From a virus, in the IMG/VR virus record IMGVR_UViG_3300043775_001610, positions 46,253 to 110,252 of that record: a DNA stretch of 64,000 bases; one strand, 5' to 3'. The notes under the pieces are model-generated. The model was not told the origin of the DNA and did not search any database. It was given only the letters and a program-made list of their open reading frames with translations. This document shows, piece after piece, positions 19,101-28,663 of the stretch; the first letter of the stretch is position 1; the number at the start of each line of letters is the position of its first letter. A program made the translations under genes and the position numbers.

Positions 19101-20597
19101 GAAACAACACAAATAATTTCAAATGCTGAAGCTAACGCTCCTACTTTTAGAACAGATAGAGCTAGAATAGGAAATTGGACTGTAGCGCCAAATACAATAT
19201 CTTCAAGTAATATAACTCTAACATCTGGATCAAATGCTTCTTCTACATCTATTATTGCTACAAATGGTGGCTCTTATGTTGGAATAAGGCCAAGGGCTAC
19301 TGATGGCTCAGATATTGTTTTGTGGGCTGGTACAACCAATACTCCAGCAATAAATAGTTCTACAGTAGGCGGACAAGCTGGTTTCCAGGTAAATGCAGAT
19401 GGTCAACTGTATGCTACTGGAGCAATAATATCTGGAAAGATTACAGTGCAAGAGGGTTCATCACTTGGCGGACTATTAAATGATACATCTAAAATTTATT
19501 ATTCATCAAGTATTCCCACAGTTCCTGCTACAGGACATAAGAGTGGAGATGCTTGGGTTGATACTGGAAACAACTATATTCTAAAGATATGGAATACTAC
19601 ACTTAATCCACCAGCATGGACGATAGCACAAGATTCAGAATCAGCAAGAACAATAGCTAATTTAAAGAATAGAACATTTTATGCTACACAATTAACAACC
19701 CCAACTAGACCTAATCTATCAGGACAATCATTTGTCTCTGGAGATTTGTGGATAAACTCTTCTAATAAAAATAAGCCTTATAGGTATGACGGCTCATCCT
19801 GGGTAATAGTCGCAGACGCAGATGCTACAGACGCAATAGAGAAAGCTAATTCAGCATTAGCAAAAGTTACAAACTATGAAGATAGATTTGGTACTGGTGT
19901 AAATGCTGGTCTGCTTGAAGATTTAAAAGTAAATACTCAAGGAAGAGGAATATATTCTTCATTTGTAGAATCAGGCAATACTTATGCTAAAAGTTCATAT
20001 GATAGTACAGTAACTGGATTTTATATTGGATGGGACTCTGGAGCTGGAGTATTGTACCCATCATTAAATATAGGAAACAATAATGCTTTTGTTAAATGGA
20101 CCAGTAGAGGAACAGGAACTTTAGAAGTAAAAGGAACAATAAGAGCAACAGCGGGAGCGTTTGAAGGAAATGTAACAGCTGGTGCAGGAGCAATAACAAT
20201 TGGAGCTGGTGGAATTTCTACTGCAAGTGGTAAATTTAGTATTGATACAGCAGGCAATGCATATTTTGGTGGGTCGCTTACATCTGGAACTACATTCAGT
20301 CTTGGAAATGGAACATTGTCATATGGTGGTGGAACTAGTGATGTTGTATTAAATGGAGCAACATTAAGTTTTACAGGAGCATCTAATATAATATTTGGAG
20401 ATGATAATAACTATGGTGGAGATGCGACAGTTGTACTTAATCAAAATGCACAATTAACAAAAGGAAGAGCCTTTCATTATGGAGGAACGACTATACCTAC
20501 CGTAGCTAACCAGTCAAGACAAATTTATAATAGCAAATTGTCACGGTACGATACGGTACCCTTTGTTGCGGGAGATATATGGATGACGGTAGACTAA
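16185..20597 (+). CDS. Tail tip or fibre protein with fibronectin type III repeats
   Basis: FN3 signatures (GLKPNTTYNISAASYD, LTYGTTYYVKILA), GDxW repeats (GDAWVD, GDLWIN, GDIWMT). Likely GTG start at 16185. Confidence 0.75.
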   Translation: MTEQYKDLGRITQSKDGDYWEVEISDLDFDTQYSLEAAWVFSDKTKGTSPFSDPYNFTTPEQEGLLAPQFREQDLDAISSILYINWSGLNSSLVPYDSSIFKQVNVWIKGGDFGEQYVRYASFFTKAGTIQINATKVSTYCVKLQAETKDGKFSPFSNEFCVTLLEQPDPVYEVRHEWVKRDLVLFWKFPVNLPKNSMADSFAVQLIADGKDITLYTSVDKTKIPPLEHKIVFTEGRLAAIFGQVTAFQTDYDAFIFVRDKNLQTSTVVGYNVTAYVDPLTPPVISAIKGPMSYSVSFTNNSEFDRIYIEDSTDNGVTWVDQGSSTSNPVYVQPTNSLTRQVRARFSRVRGGLTGYSNIVSVTPDKIDPTDETPPAVPTVNFVSSTSSTITVNIVNSDTSTKAHRLRFRESGATLYQTDIVPYTAATTPYTFGGLKPNTTYNISAASYDSLNNLSAFSSDINSVTQSLAANPPSSVSLTAAASGVLGSWTAPSVQPARVDRYKIELWQDLSTDVLITTQFAFSTNISFGGLSAGSYYIKVQTQDMYGTLSDPVQSSSVSVSGVEPTDGQVPSSSPAATVNPLYGALEVKWTAITNSDPVTYEIHLSTTNNFTPSVSTLALQVTGTFAIIKTLPGTSTSLTYGTTYYVKILAKDADGPATSYGTQGSGIPSAIDNGDIAANAIRANVIRAGEITADQVNSSALLANKVITVGARSAVVTGASVSAGNITYTTSDTHGFGNGTLVSVTGMSNTAFNITSFAIQSTTTNTFVVVVGGSGASGSLSNQTGVATSTVNTAIKIDASGTGLSASPFKLYSGAGTYADAGTNPGTPFYLDTTGKFSLRDRLYFDGAGLTVNGVIKASSGNFDGAMTVNNGTMKIGTSAGGATGTDGLYINANNYWYSSGNIKIGSASNHLIWEGATLKVTGEINAASGSITGNLTMTGGGSVIARTVANSNNRVNLNYLGLYAYDASGAETTQIISNAEANAPTFRTDRARIGNWTVAPNTISSSNITLTSGSNASSTSIIATNGGSYVGIRPRATDGSDIVLWAGTTNTPAINSSTVGGQAGFQVNADGQLYATGAIISGKITVQEGSSLGGLLNDTSKIYYSSSIPTVPATGHKSGDAWVDTGNNYILKIWNTTLNPPAWTIAQDSESARTIANLKNRTFYATQLTTPTRPNLSGQSFVSGDLWINSSNKNKPYRYDGSSWVIVADADATDAIEKANSALAKVTNYEDRFGTGVNAGLLEDLKVNTQGRGIYSSFVESGNTYAKSSYDSTVTGFYIGWDSGAGVLYPSLNIGNNNAFVKWTSRGTGTLEVKGTIRATAGAFEGNVTAGAGAITIGAGGISTASGKFSIDTAGNAYFGGSLTSGTTFSLGNGTLSYGGGTSDVVLNGATLSFTGASNIIFGDDNNYGGDATVVLNQNAQLTKGRAFHYGGTTIPTVANQSRQIYNSKLSRYDTVPFVAGDIWMTVD

Positions 20598-20598
20598 T

Positions 20599-23500
20599 AT
20601 GGGAATATATAGAAAAACAACTCCATCATCTTATCCAAATACACCAGCATCAAATTTTACAGATTCTTCAAAACATTGGCGCAAGCATAAAAATATGTAT
20701 AGAAGGACTAGCGATAACGAAACAGCTAGTTTAACTACAGTTCCAGGAAGATATACGGATGACACGAGATCCTGGAGAAGAATTAGAGCCTTATACAGAT
20801 TTACTTCTTCTGGAACATGGCAAAAGATCTTTGGTAAATTTGCTGGACAGCCATATCCTGAGACCTCCGCTTCAATAAGGTATGATAGTTATACTGGTAC
20901 AGTAGTAGGCGACTTTGCAGAGATGGGGCCTGGATCTACATCTATTGCTCAAGGAAGTACTGCTACAACATTTTTGTGGGGAAGAGATGGTCAAGATTGG
21001 CAGAATATTGAGACCCTTGCTTCAAGAAGCAGAACTTTTGTGCAGGCTAGCACTCCTGTTGCGGAAACGGCACAACCTATTACAAATGACGAAGGAAACT
21101 TTGATGGAGACAAGCTAAGAAATAGTGAATCTGTAATTTTACAATATGACGGAAAGTATGTTTGGTACAGAGACAGAATTACATTATCAAATGGATCAAC
21201 TGGAACTTCATATAGCCAGCCAGTTAGAATTATTAAGCAGCAACCAGTTATTAACAATTTAGCATTTAAAACAAATAATGATGTTTCAGCAGGCGAAAGA
21301 AAAGATGTATCCTTTTCTATTGCAAATCAATGGTACAGATCTATTGACAAAACTAATTCTATGTTTAGATGGTATATATTAGATAGTCAATATGAAACTC
21401 CTACACAATCTAAATTGTGGAACTCAACATCTGTATCTTCTGTTATATTAACTGAAAATACTACTGTTCTTACAGGAGAAGATTTTTTTACAATACCAAC
21501 AACATTTGGTGGAGTATCTACAACTGGCAAATGGCTTCATGTTGAATTAAGATTAAAAAACTCATCATCAGATACTGATCTTGATTATGCATTAGCTCCA
21601 TACAATGATGTCACAGACTATGTAGTTGCACAAATTGGTGCAAGTATGCCTTCATTTACATATTCTTTAACTAATATAAGTTCTGTAACCACTCCATCTG
21701 CGCCTGTCCAGCAGAGGGTATCTACAACATCAAATACTGTGCTTGTTGAGATGGGTTCATCGTTTCCTTCTGATACAGAGTCTTATGAGCTTTGGAGTTA
21801 TGGAGCTGGATCATCAGCTGGAGGAACTTTAGCAAATCCATCTGTTCAAACGGTATCAACTTTAAATCAGTATAACTCTTCAGGAAACTTTGTTCCAACT
21901 GGAGGTTCATTTGATACGGTTACAGGCATATCTTCTACAGCATCAAATTCTCCAATAAGTACATTTACTAAAGCAATTGGAACATCTAGAGCACTTCGTT
22001 TTAACGTTAGCTCAACATCTGGAGCTCAGAGCTGGAAAATAAATTATACAATATCTGGAGCATCTAGCGGTAATGGTACATTTGCACTAAACACAAATTC
22101 TATGCCAGCATCAATTACAATATCTGGTGCTGCTAACCCTACCGTAACAATAACTGGTGTAACAGCATATTCTGATTTAAATCAGATGGGTACCACTAAA
22201 GCAGGAACCGTAGGATCTCAAGTCTCTTTATCAACTATAACAAAGCCTGTTGCCTTTTCTACCACAGCTACATCTAACTACACTTTTTATACAAACGTTC
22301 AAGTTACTGGGTCTAAAAGAAGAGTAACCCTTCCTTCAGTATTTAATTCAGGAACGACTATCTATGTTTCAACTAATGGGTATATTAACTGGGGAGGATC
22401 ATCACTTCCTGAAGCAGAACGAGGTATTTCTATATCCATACCAGCGCTTGACAATTCTGGAATAACAATAGCACCACTAAATGGAGATTTAAGGCAGGGT
22501 GCAGTTTCAGCTACTTCAAACACATCAACTGGAGGCCTATGGTATTTTTCAGACGCTTCTAATTTCTGGGTAACTTGGTGGGGAAATTACTACCAGGATG
22601 CAGCACAAGTTGCAAGGTATCAAGTTAAATTTTATTGGGGAAGCAACGTTGCTGATGTATATATTGTAAATAATAGTTTAACTACAATCACACCAAGTAC
22701 AACTGCAGTCCAAAATAATACAAGCCAATATCAGAGCTGGTCTGATACAACAGTACAAGATTCCGTCCTACTATCAACTGCAACTATGAATAGAGTTTCA
22801 ACTCAAGATGGAGCTGATGACAACAGAACAGTAATTGTGGCATCTCCTCCAGTTTTAACATGGACTGTTACATGGGATGCCGCTGGTGGAGAAGGTGGTA
22901 CGCAATTTACAACACAAAATAGAGGCCTTTCTCACACAGCTCCTTCTCCAGGTGACAGAGATGGTTTTAATTTTGTCAGCTATCGTTATCCAGCAAGCGG
23001 TGGAACAGATCCAGTATTTGTTGGATCAGGAGGAAGCTATACTCCAACATCAAGTGTTACATTTGGAGCCATATGGGCAACAAAAACATATTCGGTTTCT
23101 TACAATGCAAACCTAGGCACTGGTGCCCCATCACCTCAAACTAAAACTCACGGAGTTGCATTAACATTAAGCTCTACAACTCCAACTCGTTCAACAGTTG
23201 GAAACACTTCTTATGCTTTTAACGGATGGAACACTGCATCCGATGGAACTGGAACTAACTATTCTGCTGGAGGATCATATACTGCAAATGCTGCAGTTAT
23301 TTTATATGCTAAATGGACCGCTACTACTACAGAATCTGCCACAAAACTTGCAACACCAACAGGAGTATCTGCTTCTAGAACCTTTACAGACAAAATTCGT
23401 ATTAGTTGGAATGCTGTCTCAAATGCTTCTAGCTACGGGGTTTGGTACAGAGGTGGCGCCCCTTCATACAACAATGTTCCAGATTTTCCAACTACAACAG

Positions 23501-23934
23501 GGCTGTATCTTGACGACACTTCTGTCGGATCTGGCGTAGAGCGTGAATACGATGTTCAAGCTTATCCAGCTTCAGGAAGCACTCTTTATCTAAAAAGTGA
23601 TTGGGGAGGTCCTTCAAATCTTGGATTAAGGGCTACTGCTCCTGCCACACCAGCACCAGTCCTTTCCACTATAACTGGAGACAACAGTTTAATTCTTGGA
23701 GGAACTTTTTCTTGGTCTTTTACAAACTCTCCAACCTCGTACTCTGTTTTTTGCACAGGACCTACGGGAACTGTTTTTACTACAAGTAACCAATACACCT
23801 ACACTGGAACAACCTTTCGACCAGGATACGATGGAACTGGATGGCAAGGACCTGGAAGCTATACAATTTATGTATCTGCTAGAAATGCTGGCGGAGACTC
23901 CGCTGTTGCATCATATACTAGATCTATGAGCTGA
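20599..23934 (+). CDS. Tail fibre or adhesin with Listeria-Bacteroides (InlB B-type) repeats and FN3-like domains
   Basis: YSVSYNAN...YAFNGWNTASDGTGTNY...LYAKW; Ser/Thr-rich beta domains. Confidence 0.7.
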   Translation: MGIYRKTTPSSYPNTPASNFTDSSKHWRKHKNMYRRTSDNETASLTTVPGRYTDDTRSWRRIRALYRFTSSGTWQKIFGKFAGQPYPETSASIRYDSYTGTVVGDFAEMGPGSTSIAQGSTATTFLWGRDGQDWQNIETLASRSRTFVQASTPVAETAQPITNDEGNFDGDKLRNSESVILQYDGKYVWYRDRITLSNGSTGTSYSQPVRIIKQQPVINNLAFKTNNDVSAGERKDVSFSIANQWYRSIDKTNSMFRWYILDSQYETPTQSKLWNSTSVSSVILTENTTVLTGEDFFTIPTTFGGVSTTGKWLHVELRLKNSSSDTDLDYALAPYNDVTDYVVAQIGASMPSFTYSLTNISSVTTPSAPVQQRVSTTSNTVLVEMGSSFPSDTESYELWSYGAGSSAGGTLANPSVQTVSTLNQYNSSGNFVPTGGSFDTVTGISSTASNSPISTFTKAIGTSRALRFNVSSTSGAQSWKINYTISGASSGNGTFALNTNSMPASITISGAANPTVTITGVTAYSDLNQMGTTKAGTVGSQVSLSTITKPVAFSTTATSNYTFYTNVQVTGSKRRVTLPSVFNSGTTIYVSTNGYINWGGSSLPEAERGISISIPALDNSGITIAPLNGDLRQGAVSATSNTSTGGLWYFSDASNFWVTWWGNYYQDAAQVARYQVKFYWGSNVADVYIVNNSLTTITPSTTAVQNNTSQYQSWSDTTVQDSVLLSTATMNRVSTQDGADDNRTVIVASPPVLTWTVTWDAAGGEGGTQFTTQNRGLSHTAPSPGDRDGFNFVSYRYPASGGTDPVFVGSGGSYTPTSSVTFGAIWATKTYSVSYNANLGTGAPSPQTKTHGVALTLSSTTPTRSTVGNTSYAFNGWNTASDGTGTNYSAGGSYTANAAVILYAKWTATTTESATKLATPTGVSASRTFTDKIRISWNAVSNASSYGVWYRGGAPSYNNVPDFPTTTGLYLDDTSVGSGVEREYDVQAYPASGSTLYLKSDWGGPSNLGLRATAPATPAPVLSTITGDNSLILGGTFSWSFTNSPTSYSVFCTGPTGTVFTTSNQYTYTGTTFRPGYDGTGWQGPGSYTIYVSARNAGGDSAVASYTRSMS

Positions 23935-23941
23935 TTATATT

Positions 23942-24151
23942 ATGCTAAGTAATGAAGAAAAAATATACTTAATTGATTTAAAGATAGGTTTCTGGGATAA
24001 ACGCCTGGAGGAAAGTATTAGGGCTAAGCCAATCTTAAATAATTTTGGTAACCAAGGGAAAATAGAAGAAAATCTGATAGACATAGATAACTATGTTAGA
24101 ATTATAGAGGCGCTAAGCCAAGAAAAAAGTACCTTGACTAATCAAGGTTAA
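23942..24151 (+). CDS. Small hypothetical protein
   Basis: ORF after the fibre gene; N-terminus resembles the next ORF (LSNEEK vs LTNIEK). Confidence 0.6.
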   Translation: MLSNEEKIYLIDLKIGFWDKRLEESIRAKPILNNFGNQGKIEENLIDIDNYVRIIEALSQEKSTLTNQG

Positions 24152-24161
24152 ATGCTATAAT
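24134..24161 (+). promoter_or_regulatory. Sigma70-type promoter
   Basis: TTGACT-N16-TATAAT with TG extension, followed by SD AAGGAGG. Confidence 0.6.
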
Positions 24162-24178
24162 ATGAAAGGAGGAATAAA

Positions 24179-24403
24179 ATGACAACAACACTAACTAATA
24201 TAGAAAAAAAATCTATTATTGACCAGGCTATTAAGCAGCTAGACTACTCTATTTATGCTTCTGAAATAGAAGTTATTCAGATTTCGGCTGTAACGCCAAG
24301 AGACCAAGAGCAGTTTGATGCTTATACGGCAAGAATTGCAAATCTAAATGCCAAGAGATCAGCTCTTGTCGCAGAAGAATTACTATTAACAGAAGAGGAA
24401 TAA
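24179..24403 (+). CDS. Small coiled-coil protein
   Basis: Strong SD GAAAGGAGG. Confidence 0.7.
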   Translation: MTTTLTNIEKKSIIDQAIKQLDYSIYASEIEVIQISAVTPRDQEQFDAYTARIANLNAKRSALVAEELLLTEEE

Positions 24404-24406
24404 AAA

Positions 24407-24595
24407 GTGGTAGATAAAGCTGAATTAATTATTACTGCATTGCAACAAAGAATTGGTGAAATAGTTTCTAACTATGAAACTCAAATTGCTGTACTCCGTG
24501 CAGAATTAACACAGCTGTCTGAAGAAAAGGATAGCCATCAAAAAGCTGTTGATGAATATTCAAAATCACTAGAGACTAAAATAGAAGAGGTTTAA
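24407..24595 (+). CDS. Small coiled-coil protein
   Basis: SD GAGGA and a heptad pattern. Confidence 0.65.
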   Translation: MVDKAELIITALQQRIGEIVSNYETQIAVLRAELTQLSEEKDSHQKAVDEYSKSLETKIEEV

Positions 24596-24596
24596 A

Positions 24597-25022
24597 ATGA
24601 CAGAGGTATTTCAAGATGGTGAGCCAGTAGACGCTCAGAAGTTAAGAAAGATGCAAGCCGATATTTCTGCAGCCCTGATGAAAGCAGAAGATACCTATAG
24701 CCTTAGCAAAGCTACAGCAAATGATGTGTCTGTTTTAAATGTTACTCATACAAAAGCATACAGAGTTGTATTTGAAAATGGATTAAATAAAGACAGCGCT
24801 GGTAATACAGAGGACATTATCATGGATTGGAATGGATATACGGATGTATTCCTTACAGCCACACCAAGAGGAAATCTTTATAAGTATAATCTTCAATGGT
24901 CAATTACTGGAGGAATAGGTTCTTTTAAGCTTACCGTTAACAACAAAAGTGGTGCAGCAATTGGCGGAACTCCAACATTTGATATTATTGCTGCTGGTAC
25001 AAAACCAAGCAAAACAGCATAA
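24597..25022 (+). CDS. Hypothetical, possibly virion protein
   Basis: FQDGEPVDAQKL N-terminus; last gene of the tail block. Confidence 0.6.
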   Translation: MTEVFQDGEPVDAQKLRKMQADISAALMKAEDTYSLSKATANDVSVLNVTHTKAYRVVFENGLNKDSAGNTEDIIMDWNGYTDVFLTATPRGNLYKYNLQWSITGGIGSFKLTVNNKSGAAIGGTPTFDIIAAGTKPSKTA

Positions 25023-25028
25023 CTTCTA

Positions 25029-25067
25029 TTGACAATCTCAATAAATATGTTACAATTAATGTAACAT
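25029..25067 (+). promoter_or_regulatory. Promoter with an overlapping inverted repeat
   Basis: TTGACA-N16-TACAAT; palindrome ATGTTACA-N5-TGTAACAT at 25047-25067. Confidence 0.6.
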
Positions 25068-25068
25068 C

Positions 25069-25093
25069 AAAGTCACGTACCCGTGACTTTTTT
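25069..25093 (+). terminator. Intrinsic terminator-like hairpin
   Basis: AAAGTCACG-TACC-CGTGACTTT followed by more T. Confidence 0.6.
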
Positions 25094-25110
25094 ACATATT
25101 AAGGTAAATA

Positions 25111-25911
25111 ATGAGCAACGATTTAAAGTGGATGATTTCATCCGACCAGCAATTCCCATATCAGGATGATAAAATGATTTCACTTTGGTTTAAGGTAATG
25201 AAGTGGTTTAAGCCAGATGTTGTTGATTATCTTGGCGACACAGATGATCAAGCATGCTATAGCAAATATACAGAAGGCCGTTCAGCAGAATTTTTAAATC
25301 TTCATAAGACAGATAGCCGAGATTTAATTGTTCCAATGATGCGACATGAAGCAAAAGGCGCAAGAGATTTTTATACAAAGACTAGAGAGATGCTCCCAGA
25401 GGCACAGCTATTTTCTGCTCTTGGAAATCACGATGTTAGAATTTTTAATTATGTAGATGCAAAGCTTCCAGATTATATTAATGAGGTTACTCCAGAAGCT
25501 CTATGGGGATTAGATTCACTAGGGTATGAATATATTCATTATAATGAATTGCCTAAGCGCCGCTTTGGAGACATCCATGTTCATCATGGTCTCTCTATTG
25601 CATCAACAGGATCAGTCCGAAAAGATATGGAAGATCTTCAAATTTCTTTAATTAGAGGGCACTCTCATAGAATTGCTTCCCACTTAGTTACATATGAATT
25701 AAGAAATAATGGAGAGGGAGAAACTCTTCGTGGCTATGAACTTGGTCACATGTGCGATGAAAAGGGTCCAGGAATGAAGTACATGCAGCACCACGATTGG
25801 CAAAAAGGTTTTGCCATTGCACATATTGTAAATGATTATCCACATATTCAGATGATCCATGTGGCACCAGATTACTCATGTGTTGTTGATGGGAAACTAT
25901 TTACGCTATGA
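25111..25911 (+). CDS. Calcineurin-like metallophosphoesterase
   Basis: SDQQ, LGDTDD, GNHD, HHG and GHSH motifs. Confidence 0.85.
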   Translation: MSNDLKWMISSDQQFPYQDDKMISLWFKVMKWFKPDVVDYLGDTDDQACYSKYTEGRSAEFLNLHKTDSRDLIVPMMRHEAKGARDFYTKTREMLPEAQLFSALGNHDVRIFNYVDAKLPDYINEVTPEALWGLDSLGYEYIHYNELPKRRFGDIHVHHGLSIASTGSVRKDMEDLQISLIRGHSHRIASHLVTYELRNNGEGETLRGYELGHMCDEKGPGMKYMQHHDWQKGFAIAHIVNDYPHIQMIHVAPDYSCVVDGKLFTL

Positions 25912-26096
25912 TGAAATGCAATAAATGCCAGGGGAGAGTTTTTGTCGATAGAGTGTTTTCACAAAAATTACACGTAGAGCTTTTCTGCATGATGTGCGGT
26001 AAAAGATGGATGATTAATAAGGATACGAGTGCACTAGGTAAATGGATAGAAAAAAGAGAAAACAATCAGCTAAGAGCATTCGGTATTTCTTCTTAA
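25908..26096 (+). CDS. Zn-ribbon protein
   Basis: CNKC...CMMC. Confidence 0.7.
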   Translation: MMKCNKCQGRVFVDRVFSQKLHVELFCMMCGKRWMINKDTSALGKWIEKRENNQLRAFGISS

Positions 26097-26524
26097 ATAA
26101 CAAGATACATAAAGTATTAAGTCATTCAAGATCTAAAGACCAGATGGTTGCTTGGTGCTATCCAGATAAAAAGAGATTGCTATACTCTTATTCACAAGTT
26201 TTAAAAACTATGGAGAATGCATACTCAACTAGTCAGGTAGCTCAAATGCTTGGTAAGCATAAGGTTACTATAGAAGATTATATTTTGGACGGCAAGATAA
26301 GATATCCTCAGAAAGTATATCCAATAGGTAATCCAGATAGTACATGGTATAAGTTTATGTATAGTGAATCGGACATTATGGACATTCATGAGTTTATATT
26401 AGAATCAGGGTATTCTAATAATATGCCTTCAAAAAATGAGATGAAGGCTCTTCTCAAACACAACACTATATTGTATACTAAGACAACAGAAGGGAACTTT
26501 GTGCCAGTATGGAAAGCAGAGTAG
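26042..26524 (+). CDS. HTH (MerR or excisionase-like) DNA-binding protein
   Basis: YSTSQVAQMLGKHKVTIEDY. Confidence 0.7.
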   Translation: MDRKKRKQSAKSIRYFFLNNKIHKVLSHSRSKDQMVAWCYPDKKRLLYSYSQVLKTMENAYSTSQVAQMLGKHKVTIEDYILDGKIRYPQKVYPIGNPDSTWYKFMYSESDIMDIHEFILESGYSNNMPSKNEMKALLKHNTILYTKTTEGNFVPVWKAE

Positions 26525-26631
26525 CACCAGCAAGAGTTGTAGTATGTGAAATATGTAAAAAAGAATTAGTAGTGCGTTGGGGCATTTTTGCCCATGACAC
26601 TTTAAGCAGACATAGAAAGGCGGAGCACTAA
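26509..26631 (+). CDS. 40-aa C2H2-type Zn-finger microprotein
   Basis: MESRVAPARVVVCEICKKELVVRWGIFAHDTLSRHRKAEH; its stop overlaps the next ATG. Confidence 0.6.
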   Translation: MESRVAPARVVVCEICKKELVVRWGIFAHDTLSRHRKAEH

Positions 26632-26840
26632 TGGAAAAAGGAACTCAAGTTAGAGTAGATCTATCTTTTACACGCAACCTTGGAAACTTTGAAAGCATTA
26701 AGATTGGTATCGGAGTTGACGACTTTGTTAGAGAAGGCGAAACAGTAGATGCCGCAGCAGATCGAGTCTATAAGTTTGTAGAAGATAAGCTAATTCAAAA
26801 GACACAAGAAGTAGAAGAGGAATTGCGTGGCAGTAAATAA
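26631..26840 (+). CDS. Conserved phage hypothetical protein
   Basis: FTRNLGNFESIKIGIG motif. Confidence 0.7.
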   Translation: MEKGTQVRVDLSFTRNLGNFESIKIGIGVDDFVREGETVDAAADRVYKFVEDKLIQKTQEVEEELRGSK

Positions 26841-27141
26841 AGAACCCTACATCCTACTTTCTTTGTATTCTAATTTATATGAGGAGGCTTATAAGTCAAA
26901 GCCAACCATCAATAGGTACAAGGAGAAGTGGGCGATGCAAGATGTTATAGACAGCATAGGGTTTGACAGAGCTAAAGAAGTTTTAGAGTATTATTTTAAA
27001 ACTGGAAAGAATAGGCACCCGCTAAATTTCTTTTACAACAACTTTGATCGAATAGAGGATATGATGATTCAGATTAAAGAAGATAGAATTAACAGAAGCC
27101 GTCTGTTGCAAGAGACTAAAAGAATGGTTGAGGATAATTAG
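26827..27141 (+). CDS. Hypothetical protein upstream of the helicase
   Basis: Coupled ORF; position would suit a helicase loader or initiator. Confidence 0.6.
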   Translation: MAVNKEPYILLSLYSNLYEEAYKSKPTINRYKEKWAMQDVIDSIGFDRAKEVLEYYFKTGKNRHPLNFFYNNFDRIEDMMIQIKEDRINRSRLLQETKRMVEDN

Positions 27142-28376
27142 TGAATACAGAAGCAGAACTAATTTCAGCAGTTTGTAAAAACAAAGACATAAGCACCATT
27201 CTTGCAGATAATTCAGACGACCTATTTGTATCTCATAAAGATATCTGGGAAGGCCTCAAGTCATACTATTATAAGTTTAGGGCAGTTCCAGAGGCTGGAA
27301 TTTTGCAGGATAAGTTTAAAGACTTTGAGCCAGTTGAAACAAAAGGGGAGACTGGATACTATTTAGACAAACTAAAAAATGAATTTGTTGGCAACAAGCT
27401 AAAGACAATTCTTATGCAGGCTGGCTCATCTCTGAAAGAAGATGCACCATCTAGAGTGCTTGGAACAATGCAGTCTCAACTAGCAAACTTAAGTAGATAC
27501 ACTAATAATGTTAAAGACTTAGATATCACAGACCTTGACTCAGCTGAAAGACACTATGAGTCAGTTAAAACTAGATCTCTAGCAATGGGAGGAAGCCCAG
27601 GAATTTTAACTGGCTTTGAAGCTATAGATAAGGCCTACCCAACTGGTATGGCTCCAGGTCACCTCATTGTTGCAATTGGATGGCCAGGACGAGGAAAGAC
27701 ATGGTTCACATCTTATTTAGCATGCAAAGCTTGGGAGCAAGGGTTTAAGCCAATGATTGTTTCTCTTGAAATGGCTCCAGAAAATATGCGAGATCGAATT
27801 TACACAATGTTAGGATCTGGATTATTTAGAGCCAGCGATCTTTCTAAGGGTGATATTAACATTGATGATTTTAAAACTTGGGGAAAGAAAAAAACCGAAG
27901 GTAAGAATAGTTTTATCCTTGTCTCAAATGAAGGTGCTGGAGAAGTAACACCAGCAACTATTCAAGGAAAGATCGATCAACATAAACCAGATCTAGTTAT
28001 CCTTGACTACCATCAGCTGTTCAATGATAATAAGAGAAGTAATTCTGAAGTTGAAAGAAATAGAAATATCTCAAGAGACTTCAAACTCCTTGCCGTAACA
28101 AATGGAATTCCTATTATTGATATCACTGCTGCAACTGCAGATGATATCTCAGATCAAAAGGAACCCCCAATGATGAGTCAGGTTGCATGGTCAAAAGCCA
28201 TTGAGTATGATGCTGATATGGCTATTGCAATTCATAAGCATGCTAATACAGATCTTATTGAGGTTGTCTCTAGAAAGAATAGACATGGACATGACTTTAG
28301 GTTCTTCCTTGACTGGGATATAAATAGGGGAGTAATTACTCCAATCTATGAAGACCTTCCAGAGCTGAGCAAGTGA
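27141..28376 (+). CDS. dnaB: DnaB-like replicative helicase
   Basis: GWPGRGKT, SLEM, ILDYHQL, IEYDAD, KNRHG. Confidence 0.92.
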   Translation: MNTEAELISAVCKNKDISTILADNSDDLFVSHKDIWEGLKSYYYKFRAVPEAGILQDKFKDFEPVETKGETGYYLDKLKNEFVGNKLKTILMQAGSSLKEDAPSRVLGTMQSQLANLSRYTNNVKDLDITDLDSAERHYESVKTRSLAMGGSPGILTGFEAIDKAYPTGMAPGHLIVAIGWPGRGKTWFTSYLACKAWEQGFKPMIVSLEMAPENMRDRIYTMLGSGLFRASDLSKGDINIDDFKTWGKKKTEGKNSFILVSNEGAGEVTPATIQGKIDQHKPDLVILDYHQLFNDNKRSNSEVERNRNISRDFKLLAVTNGIPIIDITAATADDISDQKEPPMMSQVAWSKAIEYDADMAIAIHKHANTDLIEVVSRKNRHGHDFRFFLDWDINRGVITPIYEDLPELSK

Positions 28377-28663
28377 CCCATAAAAATATTAAAAGGTTTC
28401 AGATAAGAGTTGAGTTTTTAGATGATTCTGACATGATCAGAATTAAAAAACAATATGAAGATTTGCTTGTAAGCCAAATGAAAGATTCTGGATACGCCAG
28501 GGTACTTGACATAGACCCAGCTTTTTCGGTAGAATTTGACGGACAGACATGGAAGTTCTTAATGACTCTCCATGGAGTTTATGTAGGAAAGAAGAAGGCA
28601 TGGCAATTAGAGGGTATGACACAAGGAAAGTTGATACAACGGAATATTCCCATGCCCACATAA
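28373..28663 (+). CDS. Hypothetical protein
   Basis: Coupled ORF between helicase and primase. Confidence 0.6.
   Translation: MTHKNIKRFQIRVEFLDDSDMIRIKKQYEDLLVSQMKDSGYARVLDIDPAFSVEFDGQTWKFLMTLHGVYVGKKKAWQLEGMTQGKLIQRNIPMPT

Noticed and set aside
16185-23934. Diversity-generating retroelement acting on tail fibres
   Set aside because: No reverse transcriptase and no evident TR/VR pair in the window.
25047-25067. Palindrome as a GlnR, TnrA or MtrA site
   Set aside because: The half-site spacing does not match the consensus sequences I recall; left unassigned.
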